NCBI GenBank assembly: GCA_002811645.1
Contig: PDIP01000073.1
Coordinates: forward strand, 105,524 to 169,523
DNA: 64,000 nucleotides
From: Corallochytrium limacisporum Hawaii
Lineage: Eukaryota; Protista; Pluriformea
Direction: 5' to 3'
Shown here: positions 33,920 through 44,936 of the stretch, piece after piece
How the letters are laid out: each line of letters begins with the position of its first letter
Position numbering within the stretch: position 1 is the first letter of the stretch
Translations under genes and position numbers: made by a program
The notes under the pieces: model-generated
The model's input: only the letters and a program-made list of their open reading frames with translations
What the model was told of the DNA's origin: nothing
Database searches by the model: none

Positions 33920-34760
33920 TGACGGGGATAGATACAATTGAGTAAGGTGAGTATGGATACGGACAAGTGTCCAATCGAAGATTTGGAGCAGAGCTCACTC
34001 GCAAAGGGTCACAAATGACCCTCCCCCAACAAGTTGGCTTGAGAAGTTTCACATGAATACTGGCGACTCTGTCGGTGAGAACTACCCACAACGATTGAGT
34101 CAAGGACCTTACACAAACTGAGCCATTAATACAGATACAGGGTGTCCATTTTCCATTTTCGTCAGCCACCTATACACACTTTTTGCCGGGGATTCAAACC
34201 GTGCCTGTGGCTGTACTTGCCATTTCCAGAACGGGACGAAAGAGGGAATGATGCGGACCCCATCAGCGGTAAGGAAGTAGGCGTGCCTTTAGAAACTCGG
34301 GCTGCATCGATGATCACTAAAATTTTGGTGCCGCTTGACATGGTTGTTTCGGGGAAGCCAATACTGAGGAATGGTGGAGGGAAATGGGATTACTTCATCC
34401 ACAAACTGTTCCCGCACGGCCCTGGAAGGACAGCTACTACTACTACTACTGACCTGCACGAGGCAGTATCAGCACGCACAGTCCATGTAACTCGGGCAAT
34501 CGGTTGGTTTAGAATGGTTGCTGCTGCAGTAGTAGATTTCCGCGTCTCCAACCTCAATAGCCTATATACTGAAGTACAGACTCGACATGGTGTCAAAATT
34601 ATTCCGCTGGCTGGGACAAGGAGCAAGGAGATGAGTTGGGGAAGGAAAGTTTTGCTCGGGATAGTGGAAATGCATGGAATTGGGATGAGACATACGACAG
34701 AAGCAAAAAAACTCTTCTGAGTGTTAAGGAGAGATCGTAAAATATCGCTGCACGAGCAAA
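33920..34760 (+). pseudogene. Decayed protein kinase, family unresolved
   Basis: Ordered remnants: IDTIE*GEYGYGQV (33928-33969), PLIQIQGV...HFLPG (34123-34191), DYFIHKLFPHG (34388-34420), VVDFRVS (34529-34549; CGC is one change from GGC, giving DFG) and AGTR...VLLG (34610 onward). Confidence 0.4.
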
Positions 34761-37700
34761 CAAACATCAGTTAGCTTGGAAACACGGATCGTTTCTGATT
34801 GCTGTCGATGGAGTTGCAGTCCGAAGGTACGATACAGCCGCTCAGTCCGTTGAAACTAGGTACTTTTCAATATATTGACTGCGATTCTAGTTGTCTATGT
34901 TTGTGGGCTCGTATAGTGATCCAACTGCAATGAAAAAATTGGATTGAGACTGCTGAAAGGGGGGAAGTCCATCCGAATGAGGCACTCTCTGCACCTTGTT
35001 TGCTTGCCTTTTGCAGTGGATCCGGAAACGAGTGGAGGTCCTGGCACAGGAAAGGGAGTGGGTCTCACAACTGGTGCACCAGAAATAATGCGAGTGAGAG
35101 TGACTGACAAAGGGGAGAAAGGAAACAAAACCAGTGCCGCACCTTCTTGATTCAATTTAATATACTTCACATATTAGTGTCGCCCGAAATTTGTTTGTGT
35201 TTTGGGTTCAATTTCCACACAAATGGCGATTTTTTGCTTATCGATCAACATGCAATAGCCTGTGGTGTGGTATTGCCGAAGAGTGAGAAGAAAAAGGACG
35301 ACGAAGAAAGGAGAGGAGAAGAAAATGTATAAGAAAAAGTATACAAATTGTGGAAGGACAAACAGGAAGGGAAAATTATAGTTCTTCCCATGAAGACGGA
35401 GTCAGAGATAAGACTTGTTTTGATCAACAGCTGACTCTGTGCAAGGTCCTAGGGCCTGACAGTAACAGCAATTTTAAGTTCGCGCTTCCTTTCCCTTGCT
35501 GACCACACAGCTTTTGTGGTATGAATATACCTACGTCGCGGAATTGACTGTGTTGAGCAACTGCACCAAAACAGAGTCTCTGTCGGCAGTGTCAACGATA
35601 TGAAATACAACAGACACTCCCTTCCGCGCTCATCTCTATAGTTTCTATGCTTCACATAAGGCAGAAACAGACGACGGCGACGTAGCCGACACCGTAACCG
35701 TACTCCGATTCATCACACAGACCACACCGAATCTTGTGGTATTCCATGATCAGTGAACTACAGTCAGGCCCTTTTGCTGATCCGCTCTGCGTCGGATGGT
35801 GTACGCCGACCGCTTTTACTTTAAGCGGCGGCGCCCTCCCACCTCGCGGGCGGATCCCCCCCCGCACGCGGTGTTGCAATTCCCCTATCAAGTATTCTTT
35901 AGCAATTTTCTTCAGTCTAAGTGGGACACATCAGGTCGTCTCAGTTCATCGATGCAGTTGCTTAGTCTTGGTTTTCCTATTTGCTGCCCTCCGCCATGTG
36001 TGGCGCCGTGAGAAGGGGTTCCATCGCGTCTGGCACTCCCAATGCAACAACCACGAAACACCACTCTAGGTTTGTCCACATATTCACCACTTACCATAAG
36101 GGATTCTGTCTCCTTGTGTTCAAGGAGAGCTGATGCTGTGGCTTCACACTAAGCAGTCATGCCCTTTCAGCACCTCTGATGGAGCGGTTCGGGAGACCAC
36201 CCACCAGCTGTGAAATTACACGCTATCACGAAGATCCAATTGTTTCGACTGTTAATGCTTGTACTGATCGCAAGGTACGGTAGATCTGGCAGATTGTCCG
36301 GACCTACTACTTGTACAAGAGTGCTTTTTATTTCGATCGCTGGGCGCGATGATAGGTCTCCCAACGGCATTATCGTGCCCAGTCTTATGTCTCTGATGAG
36401 GAGCAGCATTTGTCCTAACCGCCTTGACCTTGTTCGAGTTTCCAATGCCCATTGGGTCCTGGGAAAGCCGCACCCGTTTGCTTGTCAGAGCCGACCGCCT
36501 CAAAATAGTCGCCGCCCAACACATAAGCGTCTGTGTGGGTGGGTGGGCCGACTGCCATTGTTGGCATGGGTGGAGGGGTGTCTATCCTCTTCCGTCCTAT
36601 AATCCCTACGATTGGGTTAGAAATACTCCTCTGTCATTGATTCATTGAAGGAGACCGTGGCCACCAGAGAACAATTGCCTAGCACAGCAGGCTCCGCCAC
36701 TCCACCCACTCTCAAATGTCTGTCTGGCTCCCTTCCCCCCCCCCTTCCCTCCTGTCTCTCTACCTGGGTATTTAGTGAATACCCTTTCGCTTGAGACCAA
36801 AATGGCAAGTTGCTCTTCACAGTAGCTTGGAATTTTCAGCTTCACCAAGCTTCTCGTGATTGGGATTTTTAGCTTCTTTTACCAAAGAAACTGTGTACGG
36901 GGACTTCTCAGGGAGATAAAGAGCACGGAGCCGAAGTAACGAGGCCGAGGACAGTCCAAGGCCGCTTGGAGGGGGCCGGAAGAACGGAAGGAACGGAAAG
37001 TGCGTGACTGCAGAATAGTGTCTGCTTCCTTGGTAGTGGTAGCTCCGCACCTTACGAGAACTGAAGAAAAATGGGCTGTGGTGGTGTTGTTTTGGACCAA
37101 ACACCAAAGATATCAAATATGTAATTATAGGATGGCCTGACACGGGAGACGGGTATATTCGTTTTGGTCTCGCCCACTCACATCCCTTCTGAAAGCTCTT
37201 GTTGATCACTGTTGAGGTGATCTGATATCTGTGTCTCTAGCACTGTCCATTGCCTGCGAAGTGTGGAAGGAAAAGGGTGCTGGGGACCTGCCGTCCCCCC
37301 CTCTCTCCCCCCTGCGCAGCCCCGCCCCGCGGAGGGGGAGGGGGAGGAGGAGGAGGAGGGGAACAGGGGATCAGATCGTCCAAGAGTTTGCACACTGAAA
37401 CCATTCCAGGTAGAAAGGGTGTCAAAAATAAAGGAAGAAAATTTCGACGCGGGAAGTATCTCCGTGCATTTCAAGTCACTTATATTCGCAGGGTCTCTCC
37501 CGTGTACTAAATTTCTTCACTGTTTTCTCGTCTCAAACACAAAGTTCTTCGGGCATGTAACGTCAGTAGTCAAATCTTCGATCCGCGGAGCACGCATTGG
37601 GAGGACGTCCTCCACATCACCCTGCACCTACTGAAAGAATTTTTCTTTTCAAGGTTCAATATCTCCGAAGCTACAGTAGTAGAAGTATGGATCTGACGAA

Positions 37701-38265
37701 ACAGAGTGAAGAGTGGATACCTCGGGAGAGTGCGAAAAAAAAATGGAAGGGGGAAAGGCAACAAACTGCTTCCCCCCCCCCCCCCAAAGTGGTGTTCACT
37801 ACGATTCTTCGGGGAGGGTGCACGGGTCTCCCTTTTTGCTTCCTCCCTTTTGCTTTCTATTGCTAATACGCCTGACTGTGTAGGATAGTGCCACTTTGCG
37901 CCTGCCATCTCATCTCCGCATATCAGCCAGCGAAGCCAGCGAGTGACTCCACTTTCCCCTTCTCTGTAGAACAATTATGGACCATTCAGTCTCTCCACTC
38001 CCTGAGCCTGGTACGCTGATGGTTAAAGTGTATCAAGGTCTGGGGCAAACCCTTTATGTTCACTTTCACTGCTAACCTGTTTTGGTACAAAAAGATCCAA
38101 ACATTAATAGAAATATAATCGTGTAAATGTATGAAACATAGCCGGGTATTTCATATAGAAAATTGAAAAGAATTACCAGACTTTATCGGAGAATGCAATA
38201 AGAAGACAGTTCAACCTGGGATAGTTCGTAGATCACAAAGAAATTAACACAGACACACAGGCAGC

Positions 38266-39477
38266 ATGAAGTCTATTCGTGCCGCATATAAGCGCCGTTC
38301 TCTGAACAGTAAGCGCAGCGCCGTGACTGGATCACCGGCTGAAAAGTTCAAGGCTGCTCGTTACTTTAACGTTTCTGCAACCGGATCGGCAGACGAGCTG
38401 GAAAGCCTTGAATTTTCCAGTGGGGCCCGAGGCATGGCCAACATGAGCCCCGTCATTGCTCACGGAGATATCACACAGATGAACTGTTGTCCTGCTAAGG
38501 ATAACTGGAACGAAGACCGCATTGTCTTTATTGGAAACACAGCACCTTATGTGCAGCGTTGCGATAATCGCAACCGTCTGTCCAGCACTGCCTCTACTGT
38601 ATCCAGCAACGATGAATGCAGTGAAATGTCAACAGACGTCATTCCATATCGTTTTGATGTTGACTACATGAGTGTTGTCATTGACGGACACGGAGGACAA
38701 GGATGTCCTAACTTCATTGTTCACCACTTGCAGCAGTACCTGTTGGAATCCATTCGCACTGTCTTCGGCCTTTTTGCCCACGGACAGGAGGTCTGGTCCC
38801 CACAGTCTTCACCCACTCTCACTGTGCAGGTTCTCGACGCTATGTTGCAGCGCCTGGACAATGAGTTCTTGAGCCATGCTCGCATGATGGGCGACGAGAG
38901 CGGCGCTTGTGTCCTGCTCACTGCCCTGAAGCATCGCACTCTTGTGACTGCCAGCGTCGGTGATTGCCGGACAACCATCCTGAGCTGGACGGGCAAGAAG
39001 TGGAAGCTCGTAACCGCCTCTGCCCTGCACGATGGCACCAACCCCATCGAGCGCAAGCGTGTCAAGGCAACTGGCAACTCCTTTGAAGGAACACATGTCA
39101 ATGGTGTCATCGAACCTACTCGTACCATTGGCGATTTGGATATGAAGCACCGCGAACTGAACGGTGCCATCATTGCCACCCCTGAGTGCTGGTTCTTCAA
39201 CTTTGAAGGCGAAGGTGCCCGGGTCATTCTGTCTGCCACTGATGGTCTCTACGACTATGTGCCAGATGAGATGATCCTGGCTGCCGCAAACCAGTTCTTC
39301 TCTTCTGTCATCGCCCCCGGCACCAGCGCTGAGGAGGCCACCGAGCTGATGAGGCCCCTGATGGGACATTTCTCTCAGCACCTGAAGGAACTTGCTTTGA
39401 ACCGCGGTTCCACCGATGACATTACCATCTCATCCACTCTCATCTATCACCCTGACGGAGAACAGGATTTGGTGTAA
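38266..39477 (+). CDS. PP2C/PPM family protein phosphatase
   Basis: NEDR, IDGHGG, SVGDCR, TRTIGD, ATDGLYD and GSTDDIT motifs are intact. Confidence 0.9.
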   Translation: MKSIRAAYKRRSLNSKRSAVTGSPAEKFKAARYFNVSATGSADELESLEFSSGARGMANMSPVIAHGDITQMNCCPAKDNWNEDRIVFIGNTAPYVQRCDNRNRLSSTASTVSSNDECSEMSTDVIPYRFDVDYMSVVIDGHGGQGCPNFIVHHLQQYLLESIRTVFGLFAHGQEVWSPQSSPTLTVQVLDAMLQRLDNEFLSHARMMGDESGACVLLTALKHRTLVTASVGDCRTTILSWTGKKWKLVTASALHDGTNPIERKRVKATGNSFEGTHVNGVIEPTRTIGDLDMKHRELNGAIIATPECWFFNFEGEGARVILSATDGLYDYVPDEMILAAANQFFSSVIAPGTSAEEATELMRPLMGHFSQHLKELALNRGSTDDITISSTLIYHPDGEQDLV

Positions 39478-39528
39478 GGCCTGCAGCGTCTTATTATCAG
39501 AAACATGAACTCCTCCCAGCATAGCATT

Positions 39529-39552
39529 CATCCATCCATCCATCCATCCATC
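39529..39552 (+). repeat. (CATC)6 microsatellite in the PP2C 3' region
   Basis: Directly visible tandem repeat. Confidence 0.9.
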
Positions 39553-40215
39553 CTGTACATAATATAGTTTCCATACATAGTTTCCATACATATCACACTT
39601 CAGGTTTTTGTAAGGTAAATGAGTTGGCAAAATGTTGAGAGAATTTTAAATCAATATGTGCCTCTCTCCCTCCAATCCCCCCCTCCCCCCTTATCTTCTT
39701 CTCCCCCTTTTCCTTCCTTCCCTTCTCTCGCAAGATATATGAATCTGTATGGACAAGTCGTCGTTGTCTACACTGGTGATGTGGCGCTCTACTCGCACCA
39801 CTAGTTGCAGAGTGATTCCAAAGTTTGGGAGGGAAAGGCCCACTTTTTGAGTTGACCCACCCTTGCATGTTGTACTTTCCATACTTTTAGTACTGTAACA
39901 TTTCTGCGAAACTAATCGACCCCGTCTTGCGGGCCTCCACAGAATGTTAGTTGGTCCTGCAACACCATTACTATACGAACAGAAACAAGCACAGTAAGTA
40001 CACACATTACTGCAGACTGGAAATACCGTTCATATCGTATCCGATTACCTGCGTCTCGTTTTAAATCATATCAAAATGATTTCTTTGATTAAATAAATCC
40101 TTTTCGAACAATTTTCCTCCCCAAAATCGAAAATGTGAGAGAGAGTGGAGGTTTCCTTATTTTTTTAAAAACTCTGCTCGATGAAGTCGTCGATCAGAGA
40201 TATTTGGGAGCCAGT

Positions 40216-40397
40216 GCGGGCCGGTTTATGTGTGTGAGTGTAGGGACACCTCCCCCCCCCTCCCGGGGGGGGGGGGNNNNNNNNNNNNNNNNNNNNNNNN
40301 NNNNNNNNNNNNNNNNNNNNNNNNNNNNNNNNNNNNGCGGGCCGGTTTATGTGTGTGAGTGTAGGGACCCCTCCCCCCCCCTCCCGGGGGGGGGGGT
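40216..40397. repeat. About 61-bp direct repeat on both sides of a 60-N gap (40277-40336), each copy ending in a C-run/CCCGGG/G-run hairpin
   Basis: 40216-40276 and 40337-40397 are nearly identical. This is probably one locus left unmerged by the assembler. Confidence 0.8.
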
Positions 40398-41067
40398 TGT
40401 CAATTGGAAGGCGAGGGGAGGGAGGCCGCTCTATGAATATTTGGTAAGAAAATTTTTCTTCGCAGGTGGGGAAGTGGGGGTCCCGCACAGCATTGGTACT
40501 ATACTACTAAATCTAAAACCATAAAGTTGGAAACCGGAGATAGATAAAGTAACAGCAAAGAGTGGCGTTGGCATCCCTGATGATAATAGCGGCACATAAA
40601 AGGGAAGAAAAAGATTTCCATTTCTATCCCCCCCCCCCCCCCTTCGGTGAGAACAACAGTGCGAGTAGTCTAGTTTATTGATGACTGCCATTGACTTCCA
40701 CAGCTAAGCCGCCCTAGCGATCGAAGGGACGGGTAGCAAGCCAACTGGAAGGAGAACTTGAGGGGGGGGCCTGGGTGGAGGGGGTTTGGGCCGGTGGCTA
40801 GTGAGTTTGACAGCCAGCAGCGCGCACTCTGAAGGGGTCGTGGCAGGCACCTGTGGACGACGTATTGTACAGACAGTAGGCTACTAGACGCATGAAAGGT
40901 TTTTGTGGCCATCAATGCAAGGACATTACAAATTTATGAGGTCTGCAAGTTTAGCAGGGATCCTTTGTGAACAACCGACTTTTCATCCTTCTGTACCAGC
41001 AGGAAGCTCTCATAGTATACGTCCGCACACATTGTCTGTATTAGCCTTCACAAGCATATATACGAAC

Positions 41068-41691
41068 ATGTTTAAGAAAAAGGACCCGAAGGAGGAGCTG
41101 CGTAAGCAGCAACGGGAAATCAAGTCATCTCAACGGCAGGTTGACAGGGACGTTCTGAAAGTGGAACGTGAGGAAAAAAAGATTGAAGCAGAAATCAAAA
41201 AGGCAGCAAAGCAAGGCAACGAAGCAGCCGTCCGGGCCTATGCAAAGCAATTAGTCTCTATTCGTAAACAGAAGCTGAAGCTGCAAGGCGTAAATGCCAA
41301 GATGACAGGCGTCAGCACACAGATGACCAGCATGCATGCCCAGCAGCAAATGGCTAAGTCTATGACCGGAACGACTAAGGCCATGAAAGCCATGAACAAA
41401 CAGATGGATGTCACCAAGATGCAACAGCAGCTTTCAGATTTTGAGAGACAGAATGCCATGATGGACATGAAGTCGGAGATGATGGACGAAGCCATGGAAA
41501 GCGCATTGGGAGAAGAAGGCGACGAAGAGGAGGGTGAACTGATCATGAACCAAGTGCTGGACGAAATCGGCATTGAGATCGCTGGACAGATGAGTAGTGC
41601 TCCTCAGAAGCGTTTGGAACAGGAGAATGCCGCGGAAGACCTCGAGCACGATGAGCTCATGAAACGCATGGAGCAGCTGCGGCAAATTTGA
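41068..41691 (+). CDS. CHMP2B: ESCRT-III subunit CHMP2/Vps2 (CHMP2B-like)
   Basis: Snf7-family coiled coil with EIKKAAKQGN, AKQLV and MNQVLDEIGIEIAG, plus a C-terminal MIM-like RMEQLR. ATG is at 41068. Confidence 0.85.
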   Translation: MFKKKDPKEELRKQQREIKSSQRQVDRDVLKVEREEKKIEAEIKKAAKQGNEAAVRAYAKQLVSIRKQKLKLQGVNAKMTGVSTQMTSMHAQQQMAKSMTGTTKAMKAMNKQMDVTKMQQQLSDFERQNAMMDMKSEMMDEAMESALGEEGDEEEGELIMNQVLDEIGIEIAGQMSSAPQKRLEQENAAEDLEHDELMKRMEQLRQI

Positions 41692-41843
41692 GACATGATC
41701 AGCTCGCAAGTTCATATTTTCCAAAGACCCTCCATCATTCTGCGTACACACAGTTATCATAAACATATCAGGTATAGTTCTCATATTACAATTCTCAGCC
41801 ACAAATCCTTGTCTGTTTGGCTGATGGATTCTGAAGCACTCTT

Positions 41844-43286
41844 TTAAAACAATCGCCTCAGTTGCGGCAGCTCCACACCAAAGTCAAATATCCTAATCAC
41901 TTCGTCGTTGCATCCGCAAATAATGGTGGACCAGTCCGCCTGCACGTTAAAGACGCGTTTCTCGATGTCCGTGATGCGCAGTCTGACTTTTTCGTCCCAC
42001 AGATCGTAAACTTGAATGGTCTTATCGTAGCTGCCAGAAACAATGTACCGCCCGTCAAACTTCAGACTACGCACCAATAATTGGTGTCCCTGAATCTTCT
42101 TAAGAATCCGACCCGTTGTCAGATCCCAAACAAAGATTTTCTGATCAGATGAGCCACTAACTATGATGCCGTCGCACATCTGCAGACATGCAATGCCCCG
42201 CTCATGTCCATGCAGAGTGTAGAGCAAAGTGCCACTCTCAAAGTCCCAGACGCGGATCGTGCGATCTCCTGAAGCGGTGACAATGTAGACGTCGTCAAAT
42301 TGAAGCACATTTACCGCAGAGTCGTGCGCGTGGATGACCCGCGGCCTTTCATTCTCCATGCCCTCCAGCTGTTGTGCCAGGGGCCGTGCCCTATCAATTG
42401 GCGGCAGTTTCCAGATCCGTACCGTACGATCCCTGCTGCAGCTTACAATGTGGCGTTCATCGAATTTAAGATGCAGCACAGGCTCTGTGTGGCCCCGCAA
42501 AACACACACCGTCTCACCCGTGCTGATGTCCCAGATGCGCAGTGTTGAATCACTGGATCCACTGACTATCTTATGGTCATCATACTGCAGACACAGGACG
42601 CTCATACTGTGTCCCCGCAAACATTTAAGTTCCCGGTCAGTGTGTAGATCCCATACACGAATAGTCCGGTCCTTAGATCCACTGATGGCCTTCTCACGGT
42701 CAAATTGGACGCAGTAGACACCGTGTTCATGACCTACCAGCTGTCGCTTTTTGTAGTTGTCATTGGCCCAGTTTCGGTTCACTGTTGTGTACATGGCACA
42801 CAGGGCTCTCCAGACCTCCGGGTCTTGCATCTCTTGCTCTGTTGGTGTGTAATTGTCCATCTCTGCCTTGGCTCGCTTCTCGTATATTTGGCGCCAGAGG
42901 TTGGGACTGGCTGTGATCTGGTACCACCGTTTGCAGACCCGCATGCATTCTAATAAACTTGCGAAGTCGAGGTGGCTTAAAACAAGGTGAGCCACTTCCA
43001 TGGGTAATACTTCGATGATGTTAACACTGCCCAGAGACTGCAAAGAATCGACTGCATCCTCAATTTGGCGCCGATTCCAACTGCTGGCCCAGTTGGTGAT
43101 TTGCTTCAGTTGTTGAGCAAAGTCATTGTCTGAAGTACTCTTGGCCGGTAATGAACTAAATGGAGTGACACGCGTAATGTGGTTATTGTCATGGCTGTTG
43201 TTCAGTGCATCAGCAAATTCTGAAAATATCGTGTCCCCATTACCGTTAGACGCCCCCTGGTCGATTTGCATGAAGTCCTCATCCAT
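41844..43286 (-). CDS. F-box/WD40 protein (beta-TrCP/FBXW-like)
   Basis: F-box LPMEVAHLVLSHLD...VCKRW followed by WD40 repeats (GVYCVQFD, SVLCLQYD, GHERGIACLQ). Confidence 0.9.
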   Translation of the reverse strand: MDEDFMQIDQGASNGNGDTIFSEFADALNNSHDNNHITRVTPFSSLPAKSTSDNDFAQQLKQITNWASSWNRRQIEDAVDSLQSLGSVNIIEVLPMEVAHLVLSHLDFASLLECMRVCKRWYQITASPNLWRQIYEKRAKAEMDNYTPTEQEMQDPEVWRALCAMYTTVNRNWANDNYKKRQLVGHEHGVYCVQFDREKAISGSKDRTIRVWDLHTDRELKCLRGHSMSVLCLQYDDHKIVSGSSDSTLRIWDISTGETVCVLRGHTEPVLHLKFDERHIVSCSRDRTVRIWKLPPIDRARPLAQQLEGMENERPRVIHAHDSAVNVLQFDDVYIVTASGDRTIRVWDFESGTLLYTLHGHERGIACLQMCDGIIVSGSSDQKIFVWDLTTGRILKKIQGHQLLVRSLKFDGRYIVSGSYDKTIQVYDLWDEKVRLRITDIEKRVFNVQADWSTIICGCNDEVIRIFDFGVELPQLRRLF

Positions 43287-44533
43287 GATTTCTGTTTTTA
43301 TCAGAAACTGTAAATCTCTTCCAATTCTTCTATAATACCATCAGTCTGCTTCTATCGCATACTGATAGGTTCTACAGTTCTATATACATTTCATGATCGC
43401 TTGGGTTGTCTCGAACATACGAAATATTACAATGTCGCTGTACGAATTGAAAGCAATTGAGTCAAAAAGAGTTCAACAAGTAGATCTTGCTTCTCATAGC
43501 TTACTTGTGCAACACAAGGCTGGAACTTCCTTGATAAACAAAGGTGGAACATTAGTTGCAAACGAAAATCCATTGTTTTCTAAAGCTTTTCTTAAGGCTC
43601 TGTCCTGTTAGTGGTACGTCCCGGCGTATGGCACACTGTCTCTCCCCGACCGGCAGCGAGAGCAGCAGCAATCGCACACCGCCCACCTCCCATCCCCCAC
43701 CGGGAAGTTCGGGAAGAGCAAAATTGGAAGACAAGGCCACCGCCTCCCCTTCCGCTGGCCCATGGGACGGGGTTTTGGTAGGGGACCCGACTGGGGCCGT
43801 CGCGGCCTTGCAAGTAGCAGACGTCCGCATACACCGGCGGGGACCACCCCGAAAGGTGTAGCCAGCACAGCCAGCCGCGTTCGAACGCGGTGCCCTTATG
43901 AAATTTCACAGGCCGCTAGCTCCCCTAGCAAAACGAAATTGAACGGATATCCCAGTCGCGAATCCCTATTCGTGCTCCAGCTTCATTTACAGGACCACAG
44001 CAAACTTAAGATCCCCTATACTCAACAAAGCCGCTGGAGAAGCTATCGAGGAGGGGAATTGAATGAGCGGGTGCCAAAAGTAGTCCAGTAAGAGACACAC
44101 AGCTGCTCTTGGGATTAGCGATGTCCCCTGGCCGAAGTAGACACGGCATATGTGGGTTTTGACTGAGAGATTCCAAGATACAAGCATCCAAGGAATACAT
44201 GATAAGTGCAAATGGGGCCAATGGCTGCAGTAGACTTCGTTTGAGATATTATCTACTTGGGCAGGCTGGACAATCCATACATTACTTAGTCTGCGGCTAT
44301 GGTCGCCACGGGATTTTCAGTGGGTACGTCACAGGCCGCCAGCGGGGACTTGAAAGGGCCGCACGATATGCTCCACCAGGACAGCAGATTTACCGACAGA
44401 TGTCGATGAGCTGAGACATTCACCGACGTTCTGATTCGCACAAAGGTACATGTTTAGGATCTGATACGCATCTCTTGTGGAGACTTGTTCACGACGACTG
44501 CCGTTCTGATGCGGGTGTGTTTTTGACGACACA

Positions 44534-44869
44534 ATGCAGCAGGTACAGAGGAATCTTTTGGGCGTGGCATTGTGCAGTGCCAATCCTGACACTGGCTTCT
44601 ACCGTACTGGTCACTGCCACTGAGGAGTTGAAGACTGTGGCAAGCACGTGATCTGTAGCAAGTTGACAAAGCAGGTCAGGGACTTCACTAGATACACGGG
44701 GGAACCTGCTCCCCTTCGAGGTAAGTGTCTCTGTGCAGACCGCTGGGCAGAGGCAGAGCGCGCCGCGGTTGCACCTCATGTTTTTCTGGAGGCATGCAAT
44801 GAGAAGGTGCTGGAAACCAACCGTTTGGATGTGCTCAGAAAGTATGCAGTCACTAAAGAACAGAAATGA
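44534..44869 (+). pseudogene. DUF2237 family gene with a single in-frame TGA (pseudogene or recoded)
   Basis: ATG at 44534 reads MQQVQRNLLGVALCSANPDTGFYRTGHCH*GVEDCGKHVIC...CLCADRWAEA...VAPHVFLEACNEKVL. The TGA is at 44621-44623. This matches DUF2237 NVLG...TGFYRDG.C.TG..D.G.H.VC...CLCA.RW.EA...VAP.V.L. Confidence 0.75.
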
Positions 44870-44936
44870 GTAAACGCTGGTACACAATAAAGAATCTAGC
44901 AAAAATCGTTATGTAGCAGACTAAATCAAGAGCATA

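Noticed and set aside
24040-36415. CTGATGA hammerhead cores at about 24044, 33489 and 36393
   Set aside because: No stem II closed by GAAA and no pairing stems I/III.
40216-40397. Direct repeat read as an LTR or mobile element end
   Set aside because: The copies abut an N gap at a GC hairpin, typical of an unmerged contig overlap.
43875-43890. Perfect 16-bp palindrome CCGCGTTCGAACGCGG
   Set aside because: About one 8-bp-arm palindrome is expected by chance in 64 kb, and there is no second copy or context.
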